The translations under genes and the position numbers were made by a program. 45,522 bases of DNA from contig JAGASU010000027.1 in the NCBI GenBank assembly GCA_017621635.1, forward strand, positions 1 to 45,522, given 5' to 3'. The stretch's first letter is position 1. Every line of letters begins with the position of its first letter. Origin of the DNA: Alphaproteobacteria bacterium (GTDB lineage Bacteria > Pseudomonadota > Alphaproteobacteria > RF32 > CAG-239). The notes under the pieces are model-generated. The model worked only from the letters and a program-made list of their open reading frames with translations, was not told the DNA's origin and ran no database searches. This document shows positions 1 to 8,941 of the stretch, piece by piece.

Positions 1-690
1 AAAGCATTAAAAGAAGCTGTTGACAGTGCATTTGACGCCTACCTTAAAGATACTAAAAACAGCCTGTATTGCATCGGCTCTGTTGTCGGCCCGCACCCTT
101 TCCCTACAATAGTCAGAGATTATCAGTCTGTCATCGGAATAGAAGCACGCACACAAATGCTGACTGAAACAGGAAAACTTCCCGATTATGTCATAGCCTG
201 TGTCGGCGGCGGCAGCAACGCCATCGGCATATTCTCCGGCTTTCTTGACGATTCTTCCGTTAATCTGTGCGGCGTTGAACCTTTGGGCAAAGGAACAAAA
301 CTGGGGGAGCACGCCGCTTCTATAACCTATGGAAGAGAAAGCATTATGCACGGCTTTCGCTCCCTTGTTCTTTTAGATGACAATAACAATCCCGCACCCG
401 TTTATTCTGTTGCCAGCGGTCTGGACTATCCTTCCGTCGGCCCCGAACACGCCTATTTAAACAGCACTAAACGTGTAAAATATGTCGTCATTACCGATAA
501 AGAATGTTTAGACAGCTTTTATCTCTTACCCAAAACAGAAGGAATTATTCCGGCGCTTGAAAGCTCTCATGCTCTGGCTTACGCCCTGAAATTAGCCAAA
601 CAATTGCCGGCTTCTCAACAAATATTGGTAAACCTCTCCGGCCGTGGAGATAAAGATATTGATTTTGTCGCTGAAAAATATGGTATCTGA
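1..690 (+). CDS. trpB: Tryptophan synthase beta chain (5'-truncated by window edge)
   Basis: Frame is open from base 1 (KALKEAVD...[21 protein letters not shown]). Motifs [33 protein letters not shown] and NLSGRGDKD. Confidence 0.95.
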   Translation, partial: KALKEAVDSAFDAYLKDTKNSLYCIGSVVGPHPFPTIVRDYQSVIGIEARTQMLTETGKLPDYVIACVGGGSNAIGIFSGFLDDSSVNLCGVEPLGKGTKLGEHAASITYGRESIMHGFRSLVLLDDNNNPAPVYSVASGLDYPSVGPEHAYLNSTKRVKYVVITDKECLDSFYLLPKTEGIIPALESSHALAYALKLAKQLPASQQILVNLSGRGDKDIDFVAEKYGI

Positions 691-714
691 AAAATTAGCC
701 ACACCTTGCATACA

Positions 715-744
715 AAAAAGCCTTGTTAACAAACAAGGCTTTTT
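715..744. terminator. Bidirectional intrinsic terminator between trpB and tRNA-His
   Basis: AAAAAGCCTTGTT-aaca-AACAAGGCTTTTT hairpin flanked by A/T tracts, between convergent genes. Confidence 0.8.
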
Positions 745-748
745 AATC

Positions 749-825
749 TGGGGCGGACGATCGGGCTCGAACCGACGACAACCGGTACCACAAACCGGGG
801 CTCTACCAACTGAGCTACGTCCGCC
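749..825 (-). tRNA. tRNA-His(GTG) with encoded G-1, C73 and CCA
   Basis: Reverse complement GGCGGACGTAGCTCAGTTGGTAGAGCCCCGGTTTGTGGTACCGGTTGTCGTCGGTTCGAGCCCGATCGTCCGCCCCA folds as a cloverleaf with anticodon GTG. Confidence 0.95.
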
Positions 826-973
826 ATTGCTCCCAATCTTTTACTAATAATATTTTAGAAAGTCAAGCAAAAAAATATAAACTTTTTTTATCTTTATAAA
901 AAGAAATTAACAATTTATTTTCTTTTTCGTGCCATTATACTCACATTCAATGTATAAATAAGGATTCTTTGTA

Positions 974-1879
974 ATGTATATATTAAAAAAGTTTTGTTTA
1001 ACCCTGCTTTGCTGCAATCTCTTTGCTGTTTCTGCCCTTGCTTCCGGCACGTCTTCCATCGTTATTGACGCTAAAAGCGGCAATATCTTATACTCAAATA
1101 ATGCCGAAGAGTTGCGCTATCCCGCTTCTTTAACCAAACTGATGACCCTTTACATTACATTTAATGCTCTTGAATCCGGAAAATTAAAGTTAACCGACAA
1201 GCTCAAAGTCTCCCGCACGGCAGCCTCCCGCTCTCCTTCAAAACTCGGGGCGCCCGCCGGTTCATACATTGACGTTAAGACCTTGATTCAAGCCCTAATC
1301 GTCAAATCTGCCAATGATTGCGCCACTGTTTTGGCCGAAGCCCTAAGCCCGAGTGAAGCCGAATTTGCCGAGCTGATGACCAAAACCGCCCGCAAACTCG
1401 GAATGCACCGCACCACGTTTAAAAATGCTTCCGGTCTGCCAAACTCTGCGCAAAAAACCACCGCGAAAGATTTAGCCATTTTAGGTGCCGCTATTTATCA
1501 TCACTTCCCGCAATATTATCCCATGTTTTCTTTAACCGAGTTTCAATACAACGGCACAACCTATAAAACTCACAACTACCTTTTACACGATTCGCTCGGC
1601 ACGGATGGTATGAAAACCGGTTATACCGCCGCTTCCGGCTTTAATATCTTAACTTCCGCCCAACAAGGCAATTATCGTGTCATTGCCGTAACCCTCGGAC
1701 ACAAAAAAGTTAAAGAACGCGATCAGGATGTTTCCAAAATGATGGAATTATCTCTCAATCACATCAAAAAGAATCAACGCGTAAACACAAACAGCCTAAA
1801 GAGCGCTATCAATAACTCGCTTAAAAGCTCCAAAACCAAAACAGCTTACAACCATTCTCCGCGTAAATATCGCCGTTAA
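974..1879 (+). CDS. D-alanyl-D-alanine carboxypeptidase (peptidase S11)
   Basis: Signal peptide; SxxK (PASLTKLM), SxN (SAND) and KTG (MKTGYT) motifs. Confidence 0.92.
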   Translation: MYILKKFCLTLLCCNLFAVSALASGTSSIVIDAKSGNILYSNNAEELRYPASLTKLMTLYITFNALESGKLKLTDKLKVSRTAASRSPSKLGAPAGSYIDVKTLIQALIVKSANDCATVLAEALSPSEAEFAELMTKTARKLGMHRTTFKNASGLPNSAQKTTAKDLAILGAAIYHHFPQYYPMFSLTEFQYNGTTYKTHNYLLHDSLGTDGMKTGYTAASGFNILTSAQQGNYRVIAVTLGHKKVKERDQDVSKMMELSLNHIKKNQRVNTNSLKSAINNSLKSSKTKTAYNHSPRKYRR

Positions 1880-1884
1880 TAAAA

Positions 1885-2553
1885 ATGCCAGCACCTGATG
1901 TTCATATTGTCATTATTGACGGCAAATCCGGCTCCGGCAGAAAAACGCTTGCTTTTGAGCTGGCGTTAACTTTGCTTTACAATGCGCAAAAGACAGCCCT
2001 GCTTCTAACACCCGATTCGCCCTTGCGTCAAACACTCCAAAAAAGAAAAGAGAAATTTCCCGCACTTCTCACACCGGCAATTTTAAACCGCGAAGAATTT
2101 GCAACCAGAGCCAATGAGTTCAACGCCGTCATCATCCCCGAAACAAATGCCAAAGACGACCTTGCCGCTCTTGCATCAACTTATATAACAATACTGCCGG
2201 CAAACAAAAAAAATGCGGAATTTTTCAGAAAAAATCCTTCTTATATAAATAGTATCTGGGAATTAAAAAAGAAAATCGCCGCCACCTATAACCATAGTTT
2301 GGACTGGGTTGTCTGTGAAAACAACCTCTCCGGCCGTTTTTTGGAGGAACCTTCCGCCGAATTAGCCGCCGTCGCCCGCACTTGCGGTTTTCGCACAACC
2401 GCCCCGCTTAACCGCCGCTCGGCTTATCAAACCGCCGCAACCGGTATTTCTGCACAAGACAAATCCTTGGCAGAACTAAAAAATACCATGACTTATGAAG
2501 ACATTTGCGCCAAAAGGGAACTCACAAAACTTGCAGAATTCATTTTCAGTTAA
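1885..2553 (+). CDS. mipZ: Divergent MipZ-like ParA-family protein
   Basis: N-terminal HIVIIDGKSGSGRKT (degenerate deviant Walker A). WELKKK...LDWVVCENNL and GFR...RRSAY resemble MipZ blocks (WE.RK.R...IDW...NRL; GFR...ERVI). Confidence 0.65.
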   Translation: MPAPDVHIVIIDGKSGSGRKTLAFELALTLLYNAQKTALLLTPDSPLRQTLQKRKEKFPALLTPAILNREEFATRANEFNAVIIPETNAKDDLAALASTYITILPANKKNAEFFRKNPSYINSIWELKKKIAATYNHSLDWVVCENNLSGRFLEEPSAELAAVARTCGFRTTAPLNRRSAYQTAATGISAQDKSLAELKNTMTYEDICAKRELTKLAEFIFS

Positions 2554-2629
2554 TAAATAATCTTTACAAGCCGCAGTTTTTGTTTTAAACTCTGCGGCAA
2601 ATATATCATATATTTTGAGGAAAATTTAG

Positions 2630-4249
2630 ATGATACAAACAATTAACACCGTTCCCTATACAGACCAGAAAATGGGTACCGCCGGTTTAAGAAAGAAAAC
2701 CCGTACCGTTATGCAAAAAAACTATCTTGAAAATTTTCTGCAAAGCATTTTTAACACCATTCCCGACTTAGATAAAAAATCCTTTTTAATCGGCGGCGAT
2801 GGCCGTTATATGAATAAACAGGCCATTCAGACAATTATCAAAATAGCCGCAGCCAATGGTGTCAAAAAGCTTTATGTCGGGCAAGACGGCCTTGTTTCCA
2901 CACCGGCCGGCTCGCATATTATCTTAAAAAATCATTTAGACGGCGGCTTTGTCCTCTCCGCCTCACATAACCCCGGCGGTATTGACGGCGATTTCGGTAT
3001 AAAATACGCCACGTCTTCCGGCGGCCAATGCCAGCCGTCTGAGAGCGACGCCATTTACAAACAAACTCAAACCATATCAGAATATAAAATATCGGATTGT
3101 CCTGATTTTGACCTTACAAAACTGACCGTCTACCATTGCGAAAACACTGAAATCGAAGTCATAGATCCTTATATCGACTATATTGAGATGATGAAAAATA
3201 TCTTTGACTTCCCCAAATTGAAAAAACTCTTAAGTTCGAGTTTTCGCTTTGTCTTTGACGCAATGAACGGTGTAACCGGCCCCTACGGCAAAAAGATTTT
3301 TGAAGAAACCTTAGGCGCCCCAGTCGGTTCCGTCATAAATGCCGTCCCTTTAGAAGACTTCGGCGGGCTTCATCCCGATCCGAACCTGATTTATGCCAAG
3401 CATTTGGTTGACCTGATGTATTCCGAAGCCGCTCCGGATTTTGCCGCCGCCAATGACGGCGATGGCGACCGGAATATGATTTTAGGACAGGGCTTTTTTG
3501 TCACCCCAAGCGACTGTCTGGCGATTCTGACCGACAATTATAAGCTCATTCCTGCCTACAAAAACGGAATATACGGCGTAGCCAAATCCGCCGCAACTTC
3601 TATGGCTGTTAAACGTGTTGCCGATAAGCTTAATCTTGATTTTTATGAAGTGCCGACCGGTTGGAAATATTTTATTCATTTAATGGACAGCAACCGGATA
3701 ACTTTCTGCGGTGAAGAAAGTTTTGGCACCGGCGCCTCGCATATCCGCGAAAAAGACGGAATATGGGCAACGCTCTTTTGGTTAAGTATTATTGCCGATA
3801 CAAATAAATCCGTCAAAGAGATTGTTTTACAACACTGGAAAAAGTATGGTCGCACTTACTTTTTGCGTAATGACTTTGAAAATATCCCGCAAGAAACCGC
3901 CGACAAACTTATGGCTGACCTTGAAAAGAAACTTCCGACCTTAATCGGCAAAGAATTTAACGGTTACACTGTTTCCGAGGCTTATCCGTTTATATACAAC
4001 GATCCTGTTGACCATACTTCCACGCAAAACGGCTTGATTGTTCACTTTACAGACGGCTCGCGCATTGTTTATCGCCTTTCCGGCACGGGAACAAACGGCG
4101 CAACTTTAAGAACTTATATCGAGCGTTATGTCACAGACAAACTTCTGGAAGACCCTGAAATTATGCTTGAAACCTTAAGTGCCGCTTCCCGTACGATTTC
4201 GGAAATCACTTCCCGTACCGGCAAAGAACGCCCCGATATTATAACTTAA
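2630..4249 (+). CDS. pgm: Phosphoglucomutase
   Basis: GTAGLRK, SASHNP (phospho-Ser), DGDGDR metal loop, GEESFG and RLSGTG motifs. Confidence 0.95.
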   Translation: MIQTINTVPYTDQKMGTAGLRKKTRTVMQKNYLENFLQSIFNTIPDLDKKSFLIGGDGRYMNKQAIQTIIKIAAANGVKKLYVGQDGLVSTPAGSHIILKNHLDGGFVLSASHNPGGIDGDFGIKYATSSGGQCQPSESDAIYKQTQTISEYKISDCPDFDLTKLTVYHCENTEIEVIDPYIDYIEMMKNIFDFPKLKKLLSSSFRFVFDAMNGVTGPYGKKIFEETLGAPVGSVINAVPLEDFGGLHPDPNLIYAKHLVDLMYSEAAPDFAAANDGDGDRNMILGQGFFVTPSDCLAILTDNYKLIPAYKNGIYGVAKSAATSMAVKRVADKLNLDFYEVPTGWKYFIHLMDSNRITFCGEESFGTGASHIREKDGIWATLFWLSIIADTNKSVKEIVLQHWKKYGRTYFLRNDFENIPQETADKLMADLEKKLPTLIGKEFNGYTVSEAYPFIYNDPVDHTSTQNGLIVHFTDGSRIVYRLSGTGTNGATLRTYIERYVTDKLLEDPEIMLETLSAASRTISEITSRTGKERPDIIT

Positions 4250-4263
4250 AAAAAGAGAGCTGA

Positions 4264-6915
4264 ATGTTTAAAACAGACCAAGACATACGTCCGGATAAAA
4301 TTCTTGAAAAACGATTGTTGCTGCTTGTTTTCGTTTTAACCGCAACCATTGTCAGCATAGGCTTTTTATTTGCCTATCCGGCATATCTGCGCCCGATTAT
4401 TTTATCCGTCTTTATCTTTATCATTTTAAGCATTTACATCACAATCACCATATTAAAATCCGGTGAAAGCGCAATCCTCTACGGCGGCTTGGCCAACGAA
4501 ATTTTAAAAGACCGCAAAATCTGCTACACCATTCTCAACACGGAAGGTAAAACCGTTTTGCAAAACGAAGCCGCCAGAGAGTTCTTAAAGAAAATTCCCG
4601 TTTTGACTTTTTTACAGGAACACGCCGTTTCTGATGAAAATAATCTTCAAAAGCTAAAACAGTTACAACTCTCAGCCGAACATTTTAAAGAGGAAACGCT
4701 TGAGATTGCCCTGAAATTTGATAACAAAACCGTCTTTTCCGGTCAGGAATGGTATCGTGTCACCTTACGCCCCGTCAGCATAAGCCAAACGGATAACACT
4801 CAAAAAATTTCAAATTTTGACTTAAAATACAACACTTATCTTTTTTGGAGCTTAGAAAATATCACTTCAGAAAAAACGATGGATGCAATTTTTCAAGAAG
4901 AACGCCGTGCCTTTTATAACTTTTTAAATTATCTTCCTCTCGGTCTTTATCTCGCAAATGACAAAGGCAAAGTTGAATACGTCAATAAAACTTTAAGTGA
5001 TATTCTAAACACCCCTAAAAAAGACATCCTCGGGCAGGAAATATCTTCTTTTCTCCCTAAAAACGCCACTACCGAGCAAAAATTGCCCAATGGCAGCACA
5101 CAATATACGACATATGTCAAAAACGCCGCTAAAGAAATCACCGAGTATCTTGTCAAAGTTGACTGTTTTAAGGAAGGAAACGAAGTTCAAACCCGCGGTA
5201 CCGTCATTGGCAATATTCCCACTAACGCCGGTTTGAAACAAGCCTGCGAACAAGCCGTCTCTGAGGTAAACACCATCTTTAACCTCTCTCCGTTCGGAAT
5301 GATGATGTTGGATTTAGACCTTGTCATAAAACGCACAAACCAACGTTTTTTAGACATTCTGGGCGTACCGTCAACTTCCCAATTATTAAACAATTATCTC
5401 ACTAACTATCTTGATGAAGAAAGTATCACCAAAATAAAAAAACAGTTGGCTTCGTTTAAGGCAGAAAACACCAAGCTGCAACCCGCTTATTTTGACTTAA
5501 ACTTAAAAGAAAAAAATAAAACCAAGATTCTCCGCCTTTATATCTGCCCGCTGTTTTCTTCTACTATTCAAATAAAAGAAAACATCAAAGGAATTGTTTT
5601 ATTCTGTTTAGATACAACCGAGCAGAAAAACCTTGAAACACAATTTGCCCAAGCTCAAAAAATGCAGGCAATGGGCCAGCTTGCCGGCGGAATTGCCCAC
5701 GATTTCAATAACCTTTTAACTGCAATGATAGGTTTTTGCGACCTCTTGCAACAGCGCCACAGCATAGGCGATTCCTCTTATGCCGACATTATGCAAATAA
5801 AACAAAACGCGATTTGCGCCGCAGAGCTTGTCCGCCAGCTCCTCCAGTTTTCAAGAAAACAACCGCTGCAACCGAAGTTAAACGATATTACCGACATCCT
5901 CATAACGTTCACCCCGCTCTTAAAGCGAACTGTCGGCGAACAAGTGGAATTAAAATTTCATCACGGAGAAAATCTGGATAACATAAAGGTTGATAGTGTA
6001 CAATTCCTCCAAGTCGTCCTCAATCTTTGCGTCAACGCCAAAGACGCTATGAACAAAAAAGGCACGCTCACCATCTCAACCCAAAAAGAAACACTGCTCG
6101 AGCCTTACCATTTCGGCGCTGAGGTTATTGAAAGCGGATCTTTTATCCGTATGGATATCACCGATACAGGCTGTGGTATTCCACTTGAAAATATGTCCCG
6201 AATTTTTGAGCCGTTTTTTTCCACCAAACAAAATGTTGTCGGCTCCGGCACAGGGTTGGGACTAGCCACCGTGTACGGTATTGTCCGTCAAATGGAAGGC
6301 TTTATCAAAGTAAAAAGCACCATAAATGTCGGCACAACATTCTCAATCTATCTTCCTGCCTATCCGGCACAAGAACTCAGTGAAGAAACAACAAAGAAAA
6401 ATCTTCAAACCCTGAATGACAAACGCGGGCGTGCCGTTCTTACGCCGACGCCGGCGCCGCTCAAGACGCCGGAAAACAGAGAAGAAAAACTTATCTTAGG
6501 CTTAAGCCTGAACGCCGCCGATGATTTGGCTAAAACGCCCGAAGATATTGACAAGACAAGAATTCTCTTAGTAGATGATGAAAACTCTGTCAGAACATTT
6601 GCCCTGCGTGCATTGCGCAAAAAAGGCTATGATGTTGTTGGCTGTAATTCTGCCGAAAATGCACTTGAAACACTTGAAACAGATAAAAACTTCCAACTTC
6701 TCATCACCGATATGGTTATGCCGGGGCAAAATGGTATTGAACTTGCAAAACAAGTGCTTGAAATACTGCCGGACATCAAAATCATTTTAGCTTCCGGTTA
6801 TTCCGAAGACATCTTAAAAGGTGAATACGCAGACATTGACAATATGTCATTTATCCCCAAGCCGTTCAGCTTAAGCGATTTAACCCAAAAAGTTTACGAG
6901 GTAATGACGTCATAA
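4264..6915 (+). CDS. cckA: Hybrid sensor histidine kinase/response regulator, CckA-type
   Basis: Two N-terminal TM helices, PAS-like region, H-box QAQKMQAMGQLAGGIAHDFNNLL, HATPase (NAKDAM, DTGCGI, GTGLGL) and C-terminal receiver (LLVDDE, TDMVMP, KPF). Confidence 0.85.
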   Translation: MFKTDQDIRPDKILEKRLLLLVFVLTATIVSIGFLFAYPAYLRPIILSVFIFIILSIYITITILKSGESAILYGGLANEILKDRKICYTILNTEGKTVLQNEAAREFLKKIPVLTFLQEHAVSDENNLQKLKQLQLSAEHFKEETLEIALKFDNKTVFSGQEWYRVTLRPVSISQTDNTQKISNFDLKYNTYLFWSLENITSEKTMDAIFQEERRAFYNFLNYLPLGLYLANDKGKVEYVNKTLSDILNTPKKDILGQEISSFLPKNATTEQKLPNGSTQYTTYVKNAAKEITEYLVKVDCFKEGNEVQTRGTVIGNIPTNAGLKQACEQAVSEVNTIFNLSPFGMMMLDLDLVIKRTNQRFLDILGVPSTSQLLNNYLTNYLDEESITKIKKQLASFKAENTKLQPAYFDLNLKEKNKTKILRLYICPLFSSTIQIKENIKGIVLFCLDTTEQKNLETQFAQAQKMQAMGQLAGGIAHDFNNLLTAMIGFCDLLQQRHSIGDSSYADIMQIKQNAICAAELVRQLLQFSRKQPLQPKLNDITDILITFTPLLKRTVGEQVELKFHHGENLDNIKVDSVQFLQVVLNLCVNAKDAMNKKGTLTISTQKETLLEPYHFGAEVIESGSFIRMDITDTGCGIPLENMSRIFEPFFSTKQNVVGSGTGLGLATVYGIVRQMEGFIKVKSTINVGTTFSIYLPAYPAQELSEETTKKNLQTLNDKRGRAVLTPTPAPLKTPENREEKLILGLSLNAADDLAKTPEDIDKTRILLVDDENSVRTFALRALRKKGYDVVGCNSAENALETLETDKNFQLLITDMVMPGQNGIELAKQVLEILPDIKIILASGYSEDILKGEYADIDNMSFIPKPFSLSDLTQKVYEVMTS

Positions 6916-7652
6916 TGGAAAATCGCCTCAAAAACAAATCCGGACAATATCTTCTCAAATTCACACCCAACGCTTATATGGGCGAAGAAGATTTTTTAGT
7001 CGCCCCTTGCAACGAAACCGCCTATAAAGCCGTAACACTATGGCCCTATTGGCAACATTTTGCCCTTAATATCTTCGGTCCCAAAAGCTCAGGAAAATCA
7101 CATCTTGCCCAAATCTGGGTAAACAGAATACAAATGAGCCTCCCCCGCCCGATACAAATCCCCGTTGTTCCGGCACAACATATTAATATGAAAAATCTCA
7201 ACAAATACGCTAATGAAAACCCGTTTTTGGTCATAGAAAATCTTGACGGCTCAGTCAATGAAGAAGCCTTTTTTCACCTCTACAACCATTATAATGTAGA
7301 TGGCAAATTTATATTGTTCACCTCAGAACTCCCCCCCTCAAAACTGCCGTTCAAACTTCCGGATTTGCGTTCCCGATTAAACATCATCCCGACCGTTGAA
7401 ATCCTGCAACCGGACGATACAATGTTAACCGCGCTTATTGCCAAACTTTTTAACGACAGGCAAATCATCATCTCGCAGGATATTTTGGATTACATCTTAA
7501 AACATACTGAACGCTCCTTCAACTATGTCGCCCGATTAATAGAAGAAATTGACGACATTTCATGGACATACGGCCGCGCCATATCTATCCCGATCGTCAA
7601 AGACGCCCTGACTAATTTAAATAAAAACCAACAGTTGGAACTTTTTATATGA
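6915..7652 (+). CDS. hdaA: DnaA regulatory inactivator HdaA
   Basis: N-terminal clamp-binding-like QYLLKF, GPKSSGKSHL and LPDLRSRL; DnaA AAA+-like without a DNA-binding domain. Confidence 0.88.
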   Translation: MENRLKNKSGQYLLKFTPNAYMGEEDFLVAPCNETAYKAVTLWPYWQHFALNIFGPKSSGKSHLAQIWVNRIQMSLPRPIQIPVVPAQHINMKNLNKYANENPFLVIENLDGSVNEEAFFHLYNHYNVDGKFILFTSELPPSKLPFKLPDLRSRLNIIPTVEILQPDDTMLTALIAKLFNDRQIIISQDILDYILKHTERSFNYVARLIEEIDDISWTYGRAISIPIVKDALTNLNKNQQLELFI

Positions 7653-8551
7653 ACTCGCATTATAACCAAAACATAAACGGCTGGATAATCCTTGATAAAC
7701 CTCAAGGCGTCAGCTCTAATCAGGCCTTGCGCAAAATTCAATATCTGCTCCGCGCCAAAAAAGCCGGACATATCGGTACGCTGGATCCTTTTGCAACCGG
7801 TGTTTTACCCTTGGCATTCGGTGAAGCAACAAAGCTCATCCCCTATCTTGAAGGAAATGAAAAAACCTACGAGTTCACGCTTAAATTCGGCACCGCCACC
7901 ACCACGGCAGACACCGAAGGCGACATTTCAGAAACATCAAAAACAATCCCGAGCATAGAGGAAATACAAAACATCTTACCGCAGTTTATCGGTAACATCA
8001 GCCAAATACCGCCCAAATATTCCGCCATACATATTAACGGAAAACGTGCTTACGATTTAGCCCGCAAAGGCGTAGAATTTGAAATTCCCTCCCGTCAAAT
8101 CATCATTAAAGAACTCGTCCTTCTAAACGCCCGCTTAGACCAACAGGAAGCCGATTTTAGAGTCACCTGTTCCAAAGGCACCTACGTCCGCACACTGGGA
8201 ACGGATATTGCCGCCGCCCTCAACACTTGCGGGCATTTAACCGCTCTGCGCCGCACTCAAAACGGATTTTTTAGCCTTTCTGATACGATTTTACTGGATA
8301 ATTTAAAAAATATATTATATAAGAGCAGCGGAGTTTCTCCTCTTAAACCGGTTGAAACATTTCTGTGCGACATCACGGTTATCGCTTTAACCTCGGAGCA
8401 AGCTCTTAAGCTTAAAAGCGGACAAACGCTTGATTCAAAAGATTTAATTCCGTTTGATTCAATAGCTACCGCCTGCTATGAAAATAAGCTTATCGCCCTG
8501 ATCGAAACCAAAGAAAACAAAGTTTTCCCGATTCGGGTATTTAATTTATAA
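7649..8551 (+). CDS. truB: tRNA pseudouridine(55) synthase
   Basis: LDKPQG, GHIGTLDPFATGVL, PPKYSA and SKGTYVR motifs; lies upstream of rpsO. Confidence 0.96.
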   Translation: MNSHYNQNINGWIILDKPQGVSSNQALRKIQYLLRAKKAGHIGTLDPFATGVLPLAFGEATKLIPYLEGNEKTYEFTLKFGTATTTADTEGDISETSKTIPSIEEIQNILPQFIGNISQIPPKYSAIHINGKRAYDLARKGVEFEIPSRQIIIKELVLLNARLDQQEADFRVTCSKGTYVRTLGTDIAAALNTCGHLTALRRTQNGFFSLSDTILLDNLKNILYKSSGVSPLKPVETFLCDITVIALTSEQALKLKSGQTLDSKDLIPFDSIATACYENKLIALIETKENKVFPIRVFNL

Positions 8552-8578
8552 ACGCTAAATTTAATAAGGAAATAAAAG

Positions 8579-8848
8579 ATGTCGATTACAAATGAAAAAA
8601 AACAAGAAATTATTGCTCAATATGGCACAAAACAAGGCGATACCGGTTCACCGGAAGTTCAAATCGCAATTTGGACATATCGTATCAACGCCTTGATTGA
8701 ACACTTCAACACACACAAGAAAGATTTACACTCTCGTCTTGGCTTGATGAAGATGGTTAGCCGCCGCCGCCACTTATTAGATCACTTAAAGCGGGCGAGC
8801 GAAGAAAGATATCAAACATTGATTAAAAAGTTAGACTTGCGTAAGTAA
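8579..8848 (+). CDS. rpsO: 30S ribosomal protein S15
   Basis: [10 protein letters not shown]...[11 protein letters not shown]; 89 aa. Confidence 0.98.
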   Translation: MSITNEKKQEIIAQYGTKQGDTGSPEVQIAIWTYRINALIEHFNTHKKDLHSRLGLMKMVSRRRHLLDHLKRASEERYQTLIKKLDLRK

Positions 8849-8858
8849 TGTTTGAAAA

Positions 8859-8890
8859 CAAATAGCGGGGCAATGGGGCTCCGCTATTTG
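8859..8890 (+). promoter_or_regulatory. Stem-loop between rpsO and pnp (terminator or processing hairpin)
   Basis: CAAATAGCGGGGC...GCTCCGCTATTTG inverted repeat at the position where rpsO-pnp operons carry regulatory hairpins. Confidence 0.6.
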
Positions 8891-8941
8891 AAAATCCTGA
8901 TATAATGTCAGGTGAGGTATTTTATAGGAAAGGTAAAAAAT

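Noticed and set aside
644-847. 67-aa ORF
   Set aside because: Antisense to tRNA-His and spans a terminator; spurious.
7329-7339. C-run inside hdaA as a contingency tract
   Set aside because: Encodes an in-frame Leu-Pro-Pro segment of a conserved gene; the ORF is intact.
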